64,000 bases of DNA from positions 8,572,345 to 8,636,344 of the forward strand of contig NC_037595.1 of NCBI RefSeq assembly GCF_003073045.1. Reading direction: 5' to 3'. This DNA comes from Pomacea canaliculata (lineage: Eukaryota). A model generated the notes under the pieces. The model did no database searches. It worked only from the letters and a program-made list of their open reading frames with translations, and was not told where the DNA came from. This document shows, piece by piece, positions 11,367-22,242 of this stretch. A program made the position numbers and the translations under genes. How positions within the stretch are numbered: the stretch's first letter is position 1; each line of letters opens with the position of its first letter.

Positions 11367-11903
11367 CTGAAATGATAAAGCAGAATGAGTGAGTCAGTGA
11401 GCTGGTGTACGGAAAATTTTAGTTTTTACACGTTTATTTTGTGTAATTCTTCAATGGGTTAGACTCGTACAAATTAAAAAAAAATGTTCAAAATCAAAAA
11501 AATCAAATCAAAACCAACTTTATTGTCTGTCGAGGATACCCAGGACAGAAATTTGTCTTCGCTCACAAGGGCAGGCATACATATACAGACATTTAAGACA
11601 CAGCAGTAAAAACTAGAAGTGCATCTACTTACCTCTAGTTAACTAAGTAACTAAACACAGTAAACACACTACACCTTAAAAAAGATAAAATGTAGAAAAT
11701 ACATTTTCTACATCACCCCTTCCTCCGGGGAAAAAATTGTGCCTTAGCAGGCACAATTTTTTCGAAATACAAATCCATCCGATAGCCAAAACGACAACAG
11801 AATAACAACAGAACAAGAACAGTAAATCCACACACACCACCCTGTGAAATATCCATGCATATACATTCACTCCTCTGCCTTACAACAGTGATGGCCAACC
11901 TTG

Positions 11904-12396
11904 CTAGTGTTGGCGCCTACGAATTGCGGCACGCCTGTTGGTAAACCATGTCTGGAAAGGAAGAACCAAAATGTTAACACGTGTCTCTCAAGTCAAGACT
12001 GTTTAGTTAACAACTAGGACTAGACACCGAGCCTGTTTACTGTGCTTACCCTTATCCATATATAACTCAGATGGGTATGTCTTGAAATAGTGGCGACGAC
12101 TTCTGCAGTCGCATATTGATTTATATTAAATTGATCTTTGAGGATGGTTGACTGCCATGGTTTAAGTATTTGTCTTCTAGGCTGTTGTCTTCTTCTTTGA
12201 TTACGTATTCTGGGTTGTTGATTTCTTCGTCGTCTTTGTCTTAGATTTAAGATGTTCTAAGTCTTCTTTGTCTTTGTTCCTGTCTCCTTTCTCGTCTAAT
12301 TATTTGTTGATTGGCTGGCTGTTGTTGGCGATGCCAATGACGTATTGAATTCCGGCTTTGACAGCTTGGAAAGCAGCTCTGAGGATGTATTCCATA
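11904..12396 (-). pseudogene. Type B homeobox copy with a frameshift in exon 1
   Basis: This is 95%+ identical to the intact type B gene at 14213-14710, but has a 3-nt deletion (cttcttcttc becomes cttcttc) and a 1-nt deletion (atgcccaatgacg becomes atgccaatgacg). No ORF of 60 aa or more is called here. Confidence 0.6.
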
Positions 12397-13198
12397 CTGA
12401 AATGATAAAGCAGAATGAGTGGAGTCAGTGAGCTGGTGTACGGAAAATTTAGTTTTTACACGTTTATTTTGTGTAATTCTTCAATGGGTTAACTCGTACA
12501 AATTAAAAAAAATGTTCAAAATCAAAAAAATCAAATCAAAACAAACTTTATGTCTGTCGAGGATACCCAGGACAGAAATTTGTCTTCGCTCACAAGGGCA
12601 GCATACATATACAGACATTTAAGACACAGCAGTAAAACTAGAAGTGCATCTACTTACCTCTAGTTAACTAAGTAACTAAACACAGTAAACACACTACACC
12701 TTAAAAAAGATAAAATGTAGAAAATACATTTTCTACATCACCCCTTCCTCCGGGGGAAAAATTGTGCCTGCTAAGGCACAATTTTTTCGAAAATACAAAT
12801 CCATCGATAGCCAAAACGATTAGTACACATGCCCAAATGTATAGCACAGCCAAAAATCAAAATATAACAACTAATCATCATAAAGCATAGTCACCACAAA
12901 CAATTCACCTCAAAAAAAAAATAAATAATAATGTGTTGCTAAGACTACTCTACATAATCGGGCATTGTCTGTTCACACGTACAACCATCTCCTCGAGATA
13001 AAAATGTGCGTTTTACACAGCCTGTCCAACAATCTGTTTCATGCAGCAGTAAAGGCCCTTTTTTTTCACACCTGCCTAGTCACAGAGGCTCTGACACTTT
13101 AGCCGTGCCGGTTTATAATCTTCTCTTTTTGCTGTTGGTCACGTGCCGGTTTATATTCTTCTCTTTTTGCTGTTGGTCACGGTGCCTTGCTTCGTATG

Positions 13199-13714
13199 CT
13201 ACTTTGGGAATTCTGATCCGTATAGGAGGGTGCTGATGACAGTTGACTGGAAGATTCTCAGCTTGATCTTCTTACTGATGTTTGTTGCCTTCCATGTGCT
13301 CCTGAGTGAGGCACGTCTGTTGGCGAACCACCTCTGGAAAGGAAGAACCAAAATGTTAAAACGTGTCTCTGAAGTCAAGACTGTTTAGTTAACAACTAGG
13401 ACTAGACACTGAACCTGTTTACTGTGCTTACCTTAATAAAATCTTTCTTGAGGTGAGTTTCTTGAGATAGGTCTGCGAGGACTTCTGATGTTACGTACTC
13501 GGACTTCTTAAACTCTCTCTTCAGCATTTTCTTTTGCCATCGTCCAAGAGTTCGTCTTGGTTGTCGTCTTTGTTGTCTTTGCGGTCTGTTCTGTTGTGGT
13601 CTAATTAATTGTCGCTGCTGTCTCTCTATTTCTGGCTGTTGATGCTGGTGTCCAACAAGCCATCTGACGCCTGCTCTTAATGCGTCGTAAACCGCCCGAA
13701 GGGAAAATTCCATC
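13199..13714 (-). CDS. Type A PRD-like homeobox gene, intact. Exon 1 at 13432-13714 with ATG at 13713, 98-nt intron, exon 2 at 13199-13333. ~138 aa.
   Basis: Exon 1 reads 'MEFSLRAVYDALRAGVRWLVGHQHQQPEIERQQRQLIRPQQNRPQRQQRRQPRRTLGRWQKKMLKREFKKSEYVTSEVLADLSQETHLKKDFIK'. Donor is AAG|GTAAGC, acceptor is ttcctttccag|AGGTGG. Exon 2 reads 'RWFANRRASLRSTWKATNISKKIKLRIFQSTVISTLLYGSEFPK*'. The homeodomain is a perfect 60 residues with R5, L16, F20, Y25, L40, I45, W48, F49, N51 and R53, and the intron sits exactly between residues 46 and 47. An acceptor lies immediately 5' of the ATG (tttatcatttcag|G ATG), suggesting a non-coding 5' exon. Confidence 0.7.
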
Positions 13715-14212
13715 CTGAAATGATAAAGCAGAATGAGTGAGTCAGTGAGCTGGTGTACGGAAAATTTTAGTTTTTACACGTTTATTTTGTGTAATTCTTC
13801 AATGGGTTAGACTCGTACAAATTAAAAAAAAAATGTTCAAAATCAAAAAAATCAAATCAAAACCAACTTTATTGTCCGTCGAGGATACCCAGGACAGAAA
13901 TTTGTCTTCGCTCACAAGGGCAGGCATACATATACAGACATTTAAGACACAGCAGTAAAAACTAGAAGTGCATCTACTTACCTCTAGTTAACTAAGTAAC
14001 TAAACACAGTAAACACACTACACCTTAAAAAAGATAAAATGTAGAAAATACATTTTCTACATCACCCCTTCCTCCGGGGGAAAAATTGTGCCTGCTAAAA
14101 CGACAACAGAATAACAACAGAACAAGAACAGTAAATCCACACACACCACCCTGTGAAATATCCATGCATATACATTCACTCCTCTGCCTTACAACAGTGA
14201 TGGCCAACCTTG

Positions 14213-14710
14213 CTAGTGTTGGCGCCTACGAATTGCGGCACGCCTGTTGGTAAACCATGTCTGGAAAGGAAGAACCAAAATGTTAACACGTGTCTCTCAA
14301 GTCAAGACTGTTTAGTTAACAACTAGGACTAGACACCGAGCCTGTTTACTGTGCTTACCCTTATCCATATATAACTCAGATGGGTATGTCTTGAAATAGT
14401 GGCGACGACTTCTGCAGTCGCATATTGATTTATATTAAATTGATCTTTGAGGATGGTTGACTGCCATGGTTTAAGTATTTGTCTTCTAGGCTGTTGTCTT
14501 CTTCTTCTTTGATTACGTATTCTGGGTTGTTGATTTCTTCGTCGTCTTTGTCTTAGATTTAAGATGTTCCTAAGTCTTCTTTGTCTTTGTTCCTGTCTCC
14601 TTTCTCGTCTAATTATTTGTTGATTGGCTGGCTGTTGTTGGCGATGCCCAATGACGTATTGAATTCCGGCTTTGACAGCTTGGAAAGCAGCTCTGAGGAT
14701 GTATTCCATA
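14213..14710 (-). CDS. Type B PRD-like homeobox gene, intact. Exon 1 at 14359-14710, intron, exon 2 at 14213-14260. ~132 aa.
   Basis: Exon 1 reads 'MEYILRAAFQAVKAGIQYVIGHRQQQ...QPRRQILKPWQSTILKDQFNINQYATAEVVATISRHTHLSYIWIR'. Exon 2 reads 'TWFTNRRAAIRRRQH*'. The homeodomain is 60 residues and aligns with the canonical homeodomain without gaps (F20, N23, Y25, T27, L40, I45, W48, F49, N51, R52, R53). Position 50 is T. The intron is at 46/47. Confidence 0.75.
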
Positions 14711-15487
14711 CTGAAATGATAAAGCAGAATGAGTGAGTCAGTGAGCTGGTGTACGGAAAATTTTAGTTTTTACACGTTTATTTTGTGTAATTCTTCAATG
14801 GGTTAGACTCGTACAAATTAAAAAAAAATGTTCAAAATCAAAAAAATCAAATCAAAACAAACTTTATTGTCTGTCGAGGATACCCAGGACAGAAATTTGT
14901 CTTCGCTCACAAGGGCAGGCATACATATACAGACATTTAAGACACAGCAGTAAAAACTAGAAGTGCATCTACTTACCTCTAGTTAACTAAGTAACTAAAC
15001 ACAGTAAAACACACTACACCTTAAAAAAAGATAAAATGTAGAAAATACATTTTCTACATCACCCCTTCCTCCGGGGGAAAAATTGTGCCTGCTAAGGCAC
15101 AATTTTTTCGAAATACAAATCCATCCGATAGCCAAAACGATTAGTACACATGCCCAAATGTATAGCACAGCCAAAAATCAAAATATAACAACTAATCATC
15201 AATAAAGCATAGTCACCACAAACCAATTCACCTCAAAAAAAAAAAAAAATAATAATAATGTGTTGCTAAGACTACTCTACATAATCGGGCATTGTCTGTT
15301 CACACGTACAACCATCTCCTCGAGATAAAAATGTGCGTTTTACACAGCCTGTCCAACAATCTGTTTCATGCAGCAGTAAAGGCCCTTTTTTTTCACACCT
15401 GCCTAGTCACTGAGGCTCTGACACTTCAGCCGTGCCGGTTTATATTCTTCTCTTTTTGCTGTTGGTCACGGTGCCTTGCTTCGTATG

Positions 15488-15994
15488 CTACTTTGGGAAT
15501 TCTGATCCGTAAAGGAGGGTGCTGATGACAGTTGACTGGAAGATTCTCAGCTTGATCTTCTTACTGATGTTTGTTGCCTTCCATGTGCTCCTGAGTGAGG
15601 CACGTCTGTTGGCGAACCACCTCTGGAAAGGAAGAACCAAAATGTTAAAACGTGTCTCTGAAGTCAAGACTGTTTAGTTAACAACTAGGACTAGACACTG
15701 AACCTGTTTACTGTGCCTACCTTCATAAAAACTTTCTTCAAACGAGTGTTTCGTGATAGGTCTGCGAGGACTTCTGATGTTACGTACTGGGACTTCTTAA
15801 ACTCTCTCTTCAACATTTTCTTTTGCCATCGTCGAAGAGTTCGTCTTGGTTGTCGTCTTTGCGGTCTGTTCTGTTGTGGTCTAATTAATTGTCGCTGCTG
15901 TCTCTCTATTTCTGACTGTTGATAACGGTGTCCTAGAAGCCACCTGACGCCTGCTCTTAATGCGTCGTACACTGCCCGAAGGCAAAATTCCATC
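15488..15994 (-). CDS. Type A PRD-like homeobox gene, second intact copy. Exon 1 at 15721-15994, exon 2 at 15488-15622.
   Basis: Exon 1 reads 'MEFCLRAVYDALRAGVRWLLGHRYQQSEIERQQRQLIRPQQNRPQRRQPRRTLRRWQKKMLKREFKKSQYVTSEVLADLSRNTRLKKVFMK'. Donor is AAG|GTAGGC. Exon 2 is identical to the 13199 copy (RWFANRRASLRS...LLYGSEFPK*). Confidence 0.7.
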
Positions 15995-17479
15995 CTGAAA
16001 TGATAAAGCAGAATGAGTGAGTCAGTGAGCTGGTGTACGGAAAATTTTAGTTTTTACACGTTTATTTTGTGTAATTCTTCAATGGGTTAGACTCGTACAA
16101 ATTAAAAAAATGTTCAAAATTAAAAAAAAAATCAAATCAAAACAAACTTTATTGTCTGTCGAGGATACCCAGGACAGAAATTTGTCTTTGCTCACAAGGG
16201 CAGGCATTTAAATCAACATTTAACACACACAGTTAGGAGTAGAGATACAAGTTACTCACTTTTCAAAAGCTTCACATGGAAGGGCAAGCTTCAAAATGCA
16301 CTCATACCGACCTTGCGTGACGTAGTAAGAGCATGACGTCCGGCGCTGCTATCGCTGCTATCGTCATCGGGAGAAGGCCTTGACGTTACCCGCGAACCAA
16401 AAAAAAAAAAAAAAACCCAACCTGAAAAATGTCGTCTGCTGCAGCTACCTTTCTAATATAGGAGCGTCCCCAAGCGCTGATCAGGCAGGCCTAGAACAAA
16501 AGTATGACATGCCACATATCACCCTCCCAAAGACGAAGCAACGCGGAAAATATACTTGACAATATATATGAAATAATAATGATATTGAAGAATTCATATA
16601 GTGCAATTCTCTACTTAACAGAAGGTAACTTAAAAATGCAAGCACAAAATGACAGACACAAAATTGTTATATCACACGTACTGACACTGACTAAAACATA
16701 GCAGCAAACAAACAGAGACATCAACAGGCAAAAGTACAAGACAGATGTAGCACTCTAGTAGTAGTATAGTAATTAGTTGACAAAACTACGTACCTCGTTC
16801 TTTGTTGAGTGGTTCAGTGGTTCAGTCACTGCTTGTGCAAAAGTTTGTAGTTTTCCTGCAGTAAGTTAGTACCGTAGCAGCTCAACCAGAAGGCTGACAG
16901 GAAGATAGGACCTCTCGTCAAGAATCGAACTCCCAGCGAGGTATGCAGACGCTGTGTTTTCTAGTGTTGCTGAATTAGGAGGAAGAAGGCCTCATTGTTT
17001 CTAGCTCTAGACTCATCTCTCCTCCTCCTCCTCCTGCTCCATCTCCTCTTCCTCCTCCTAGGTGGAGAGTCATTATCATGGGGCTTTTCCTGCAAATAAT
17101 TAAAAAAAAAGACTTAATCTGTCTAGGCATGGTTTACCTTTTCTGCTGGCTCTATTCTGAACCAGCTGAACATGGGTCCTAGGAAGGCGCCGTTTGCTCT
17201 CTTGGATGAGAATCAAAATCAATATAAATCCGTTTTCTCAGGTAAACAATAACATTGTCACACTTTCAGAGTACAAAATAAGACTAACAAAGTAAAACTG
17301 TCACAAAGAAAGCAAAAGCAACATTAAATGCTTTTCCTGAGCAGACAGTACTCCCAAGCATGCAAAGTAAAGACAGCCGTCAGGTTTTATAGCTTTTTTT
17401 TCCCCCAGGCTGTACATAAAATTAGAAGCAACATGAAGGAAGTACCTTTCCAAATTTAGCATGCCATCTCCATTTCCTC

Positions 17480-17770
17480 CCACGTTTTGCCATCCTGACA
17501 CCATATCAAGAAAAATGTCACTTCAAAATTATAAAATATTATATCGGAAACATTTAAGAATTTAAAGGCAGCCAAAGGACCACATATGCCTTAAACCAAA
17601 CGCAATGACTACATTTCTATGCAAGCCAATACCTTTGAAGATAACATTCTGCTTTTAACACCAAACCCTTCATCTCTGTAAAATGTGTAACTATACTCTC
17701 TCCAGTATAACTTCCCTTTGTAAACTATTGTGAAGGAAAAAGGTTGGCGCAAGCTTTTTCAGCAATGCAA
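17480..17770. repeat. ~290-bp direct repeat; second copy at 18693-18975, ~1.2 kb apart
   Basis: 'ccatcctgacaccatatcaagaaaaatgtcacttcaaaattataaaatatta.atcggaaacatttaagaatttaaaggcagccaaaggacca.atatgcctta.accaaacgcaatgactacatttctatgcaagcca.tacctttgaagataacattctgcttttaacacc...ggttggcgcaagcttttt' is more than 95% identical at both sites. The adjacent 'gagaatcaaaatcaatataaatc' motif is also duplicated at 17205 and 18345. Confidence 0.8.
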
Positions 17771-20214
17771 AAAAAAAAAAAATTAGTTTGTCGATGCTCT
17801 TCCTTAAATATTTTTTGGCAGCTGAACAGGATTCATGAACAGATCATTGTGTGATTATTGATGTACATTCATATTTTTCTCCTCCATCCTACACCACTAA
17901 CACTTAAATTTTTTTATATTATTATTTGATTGTTCAGTTTGTATTGGTGGATATATGCACACCCACATATTTTGTCAGGTAAGGTGACCTGTGCAGGACC
18001 CAAAAAATGCGAGTTACCCACTTCTGTACAAAGGAGTGAAATTTTCACCACTTGTGAATAAGTTGTGTGTTTCAAGTAGAGGAAACTTAAATGTATGAAT
18101 GCTTTTACTTTTAATGTAACAAAATTGCTCTTCCTGTGTCTTTTTAAAAATTGCATTTTTCTTCAAATTTTTTTTGAGGATGTTTCCATTTGCCCCAAAC
18201 ATTTTTTTTCGGCAAGATTTATTTTTCTTCATGAAGTAAAGTATCACTGTATTGTAAACTTTGGGATTTATTATAAAAGTTAATAAATAAATTAAAAAAT
18301 GTTTATATCAGTGATTTTGTGTGCGTGTATGTGTCCGCGAGAGGGAGAATCAAAATCAATATAAATCAGAGTTTTCGACATGCAAACAATAACATTGTCC
18401 CACTTTCAGCACTCTTTGCTTTTCTTTAATAAAAAAAGGAGGGGGAGAATTGGCTACAAACAGTATGGCTGGGGCATGCTGATTACTCTGCTATTGTGTA
18501 AAGCAAGAAATGTTTGGGTTTTTCCTTTGCTCATACGTAGTTGTCCTAGCACCGTATACTAACATCTTTTCATTTGTTAACAATGATGGCTGACCTATGT
18601 ATATCATGTGACTAATTTCTATTTTTTAAAATTTTATTTACTTTAATGCAAATACAATGAGCAATTATACTAAACAGTAACTTTGCTAACCCTGAGCCAT
18701 CCTGACACCATATCAAGAAAAACGTCGCTTCAAAATTATAAAATATTAGATCGGAAACATTTAAGAATTTAAAGGCAGCCAAAGGACCATATATGCCTTA
18801 TACCAAACGCAATGACTACATTTCTATGCAAGCCATTACCTTTGAAGATAACATTCTGCTTTTAACACCAAACCCTTCATCTCTGTAAAATGTGTAACTA
18901 TACTCTCTCCAGTATAACTTCCCTTTGTAAACTATTGTGAAGGAAAAAGGTTGGCGCAAGCTTTTTACAGCAATGAAGAGGTTAAGATATAAAGTTGGCT
19001 GGACAGACTTTGTTATTATTATTAGGTCAGACTATAAACTTCAGGGGTGGGGAGCTTTTTTTTTCCTCCAAGTTCGGGGTAAACAATCTTTCCATCCCAA
19101 AATCCTTTTTGTACACACATTTCACAGCCATAATAGCCGGAATGACCTTTCACTTGCTTTACAAACGCACGAGCAGGTGTATCACAGATAAAACAAGACA
19201 AATTAATCTCTACACTCTGAGGGATACCGGCTTATAGTTCCACTGGCCCCTGCTGTAATTCTGTCATATCCCTTACAAAGTCTTGTAAAAACATATTAAT
19301 ATCTTCGGGTTTTCTATCCCCACAGTACAAGCCAATTACAAAAGGGTCAGTTTCTACAGGACTATATATTCTCCCCAGAATAGGCCAAAACTGATTACAT
19401 GAGGAATGAAAGAGTGGCAGACCATCGATATTTACTTGTATATATAATAGGTTTCAGAATTTGTGGCCATTATATTTTTCAGAAATAATACTCCACAAAA
19501 AACTGGATGGGAAGAAGAGAAAGTATCCATCAGATACAAAGATGCAAATGCATACACACACATTGGATGATAACACTCCATATACTTGGTGTTTTATTTT
19601 TTTATTTGCTGTTCAATCTTCAACAAAAAATGAATTTTTTATCATATTGTGCCCCTGCAAACTGGTGACCAGACTACAGTGAAGAAATAAGAAAAATTAA
19701 ATACTTTAGGTAACGAAGATTGTCAAAAATAAACTTAAAGAATTGTGCTCTTGAATAATTAAGAGAGGAAGACCATAAAATTAACAACAGTATGAAGGAA
19801 AGGAGAGAAGCATAATTAATTGAGAAAAGTTGTTTGATGACTGATGACTAAAAATGATGTGGGACAACTGATGCATGTTGAGGACTGCTGACAATGTTGA
19901 TCTACAGTATGTTGGTGTGAACAAAGTGGATAAACGACATCAGATTCTGCCAAAATCCATTACTTTTCAGCATGAAAGTCTTTACATGTAATTTGTAACA
20001 CCTTGTCTTCGCTTCATCACAATTAAAAATAGTGGAGTATAAAAATAAAAATTAAGATCAAGTATATATGCCAATTCTTGTATCATAGGCATCAGTGAGG
20101 TAGTATAATTATTGCAATCTTTTCATAAAAACAAAATTCTACTTAGCTCTTAACAGTCATTTTTGTCATAGTCTGTTGCAGACAGGGCTAGCTTTGTTAT
20201 TCATTAGTCCTCAT

Positions 20215-20378
20215 ATGCAGGAAGCCCCAATTGGACTATCGTCACGATAGTGCATGTAAATTTTGATGCAAGGGCCCTTTTTTGCAGCACCATGTTGTAC
20301 AATAGCTGGCTTTTGGGGGTCCCTGTATCCTAATTTTCATCTGCTATCGTGATAATAGTCCAGTTGGGGTTTCCTGCA
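20215..20378. mobile_element. MITE-like palindromic element with ~36-bp imperfect terminal inverted repeats
   Basis: Left arm 'ATGCAGGAAGCCCCAATTGGACTATCGTCACGATAG' at 20215-20250. Right arm 'CTATCGTGATAATAGTCCAGTTGGGGTTTCCTGCAT' at 20343-20378 is its reverse complement (32 of 36 bases) around a ~95-bp AT-rich core. Confidence 0.55.
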
Positions 20379-22242
20379 TACAAAAGTTCTGGTGTATAGG
20401 AAATGCACACTATATTCATGTACTTCAAGGTAGTGAAATACATATGCATGAATGAAAAATTGTTTGCACACTGATTTAACCTCAGTTTGTATGTGTGCGA
20501 GTCTGCATGCCAAGGTGTAGTTACACTCTATTATTCAAGAGACTGGTGAAAAATATTGTATGATGCAGAGGGTGTAAGGAATACATTATATATTCAACTA
20601 AAAATAAAATGGTGAGACATAGGGTGCCTGCCACTACAGGCTGGCAAGGAGTGGGATTTGTATAAACATAGCACATACATCAATATATCCAATTATTGCT
20701 TATGTTAAGGAGAGCAATATAAATAAGCAGCAGAAATAAAACCATAAATCTCTGATAGAAACTGAAAAGGACAAGAATTGGAAAAGAAGACTGTGAAAGG
20801 AGAAAAGATGTTAAGCTGCAGACTTCATTTTCTTAAAGTTTGCAAATTGTGCAATTCAGAAAAAAATAAGTAAAAAATCCAGAACACTGAATAAAAATAT
20901 GACTTGTGGAAAGACAGTAAATCATTCCATAAAAAAAATACTTTCCAGTTGTCAATATTTCCTGATGGTGCAGATGCTAACTTCTCCCCACCATGATGTC
21001 AATGCTGCTTTGACTAGAATTTTAAAAGATGCCATATCTCTACTTAACATTTCAAGGATTCTTTAAAAGAAATTTTGTTTAGCATAAAAATTATCATAAA
21101 CACTGCTCCTAAATCAAAACTTTTCCTTTTGAAACAGTTTATCTCAAATTGTAAGTAATGATCTGGAAAATACAAAGAACTTCTTGTAACATCGTCTGAG
21201 GTGGATGAATATCCAAAAGCATGACCAGGTAGTGAAACGTTCTACTGGAACTACTCTTTTTGAATGAAGCACATGACTATGCTACAGCAGCATCCAACTG
21301 TGTGTTGCCTCACTGCAGATCACACAGGTGCATGTAAAGATTATAAACACGGGACTTTTTCCAGGGTACCAGGAAAAATGAATTTTCATTAAAACATGTC
21401 ATTCCTTGTGACTTGGCACTTTTTAGTCGCCTAATCACCTAGCAGGTTATCCACAATCTGCAGAAAGATACTTTGTGATAATTTGCACCTTATATCAGAA
21501 GTACACTATCTTTATGTTGCAACACTTGCTAGATCTCACTTTTGTAGCACCTCTAAGATTCCTGAAGTGGTGTCAAACCACCTACTGATGTCCAGAGCTT
21601 GCACACTGGATGTACACAAGACGCTATGTCAGTCTGTCAATCACAGTGGAAGTGGTCTTTGTCTTCTTCTGCTGTTAAGGAAATTTGAAATTTTAAAATT
21701 GGGACCTTTAACTCGTTGTAGTAAACTTTTCTTTGCAGATGTCAATTCTTAACAGCAGCCACCATGCAGTTCTGTAACACTTCTCTTTTCCTTTCCAATC
21801 AGAAGGTTCTTAAGCATTTGCAGGAGCTGGAATAGACATTAAAAGTCTTACGAGGTCTTTGACTAGTCATGCTAATTGTCCATCTCAACATCCATGCCTC
21901 ATAAATAATGTCAAAATTAACGTGAAATAAATTACACACAGCCCTTAGAAGTTTTTGCCAAGAAGCTCTTGAAATGAAGTAGCCTCAGTGCTAATTCTTC
22001 CAATATGATTCACAGCAGGTGAATTCTGCCACAGGTACAAAATCCAAAATGAACATTGTTGTCTTGTCAGGATGTGCACCCAGGACCTATCCTTGAAAGC
22101 AATTCAGTAGTGACTTCACCAGTTATGTTCCAATACATTTCACTTCCTGTCACCTCAGGCACACATCACAGAATCCACATGCACAAACCATTTTTGGCAG
22201 CTTGGGAGAATAAGATACACCATGAGGTCAAGAGGATGATGG

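Larger units (their letters stand above)
9347..16210. repeat. Tandem array of homeobox-gene units. Unit starts at 9347, 10596, 12924 and 15259. Units are 1.25 kb (A only) or 2.33 kb (A plus B). The last unit is truncated near 16210.
   Basis: Each unit begins after a plus-strand 'AATAAAGCATAG..CACCTC' plus poly(A), followed by 'TGTGTTGCTAAGACTACTCTACATAATCGGGC'. The ~2.3 kb periodicity is visible in the ORF track, with near-identical ORFs at 10680/13006/15292, 11102/13402/15691 and 11713/14025. Confidence 0.85.

Noticed and set aside
9347-16210. Possibility that the regular repeats are a CRISPR array
   Set aside because: The genomic context is eukaryotic. Repeat units are 1.2-2.3 kb protein-coding modules, not 25-50-bp direct repeats with unique spacers.
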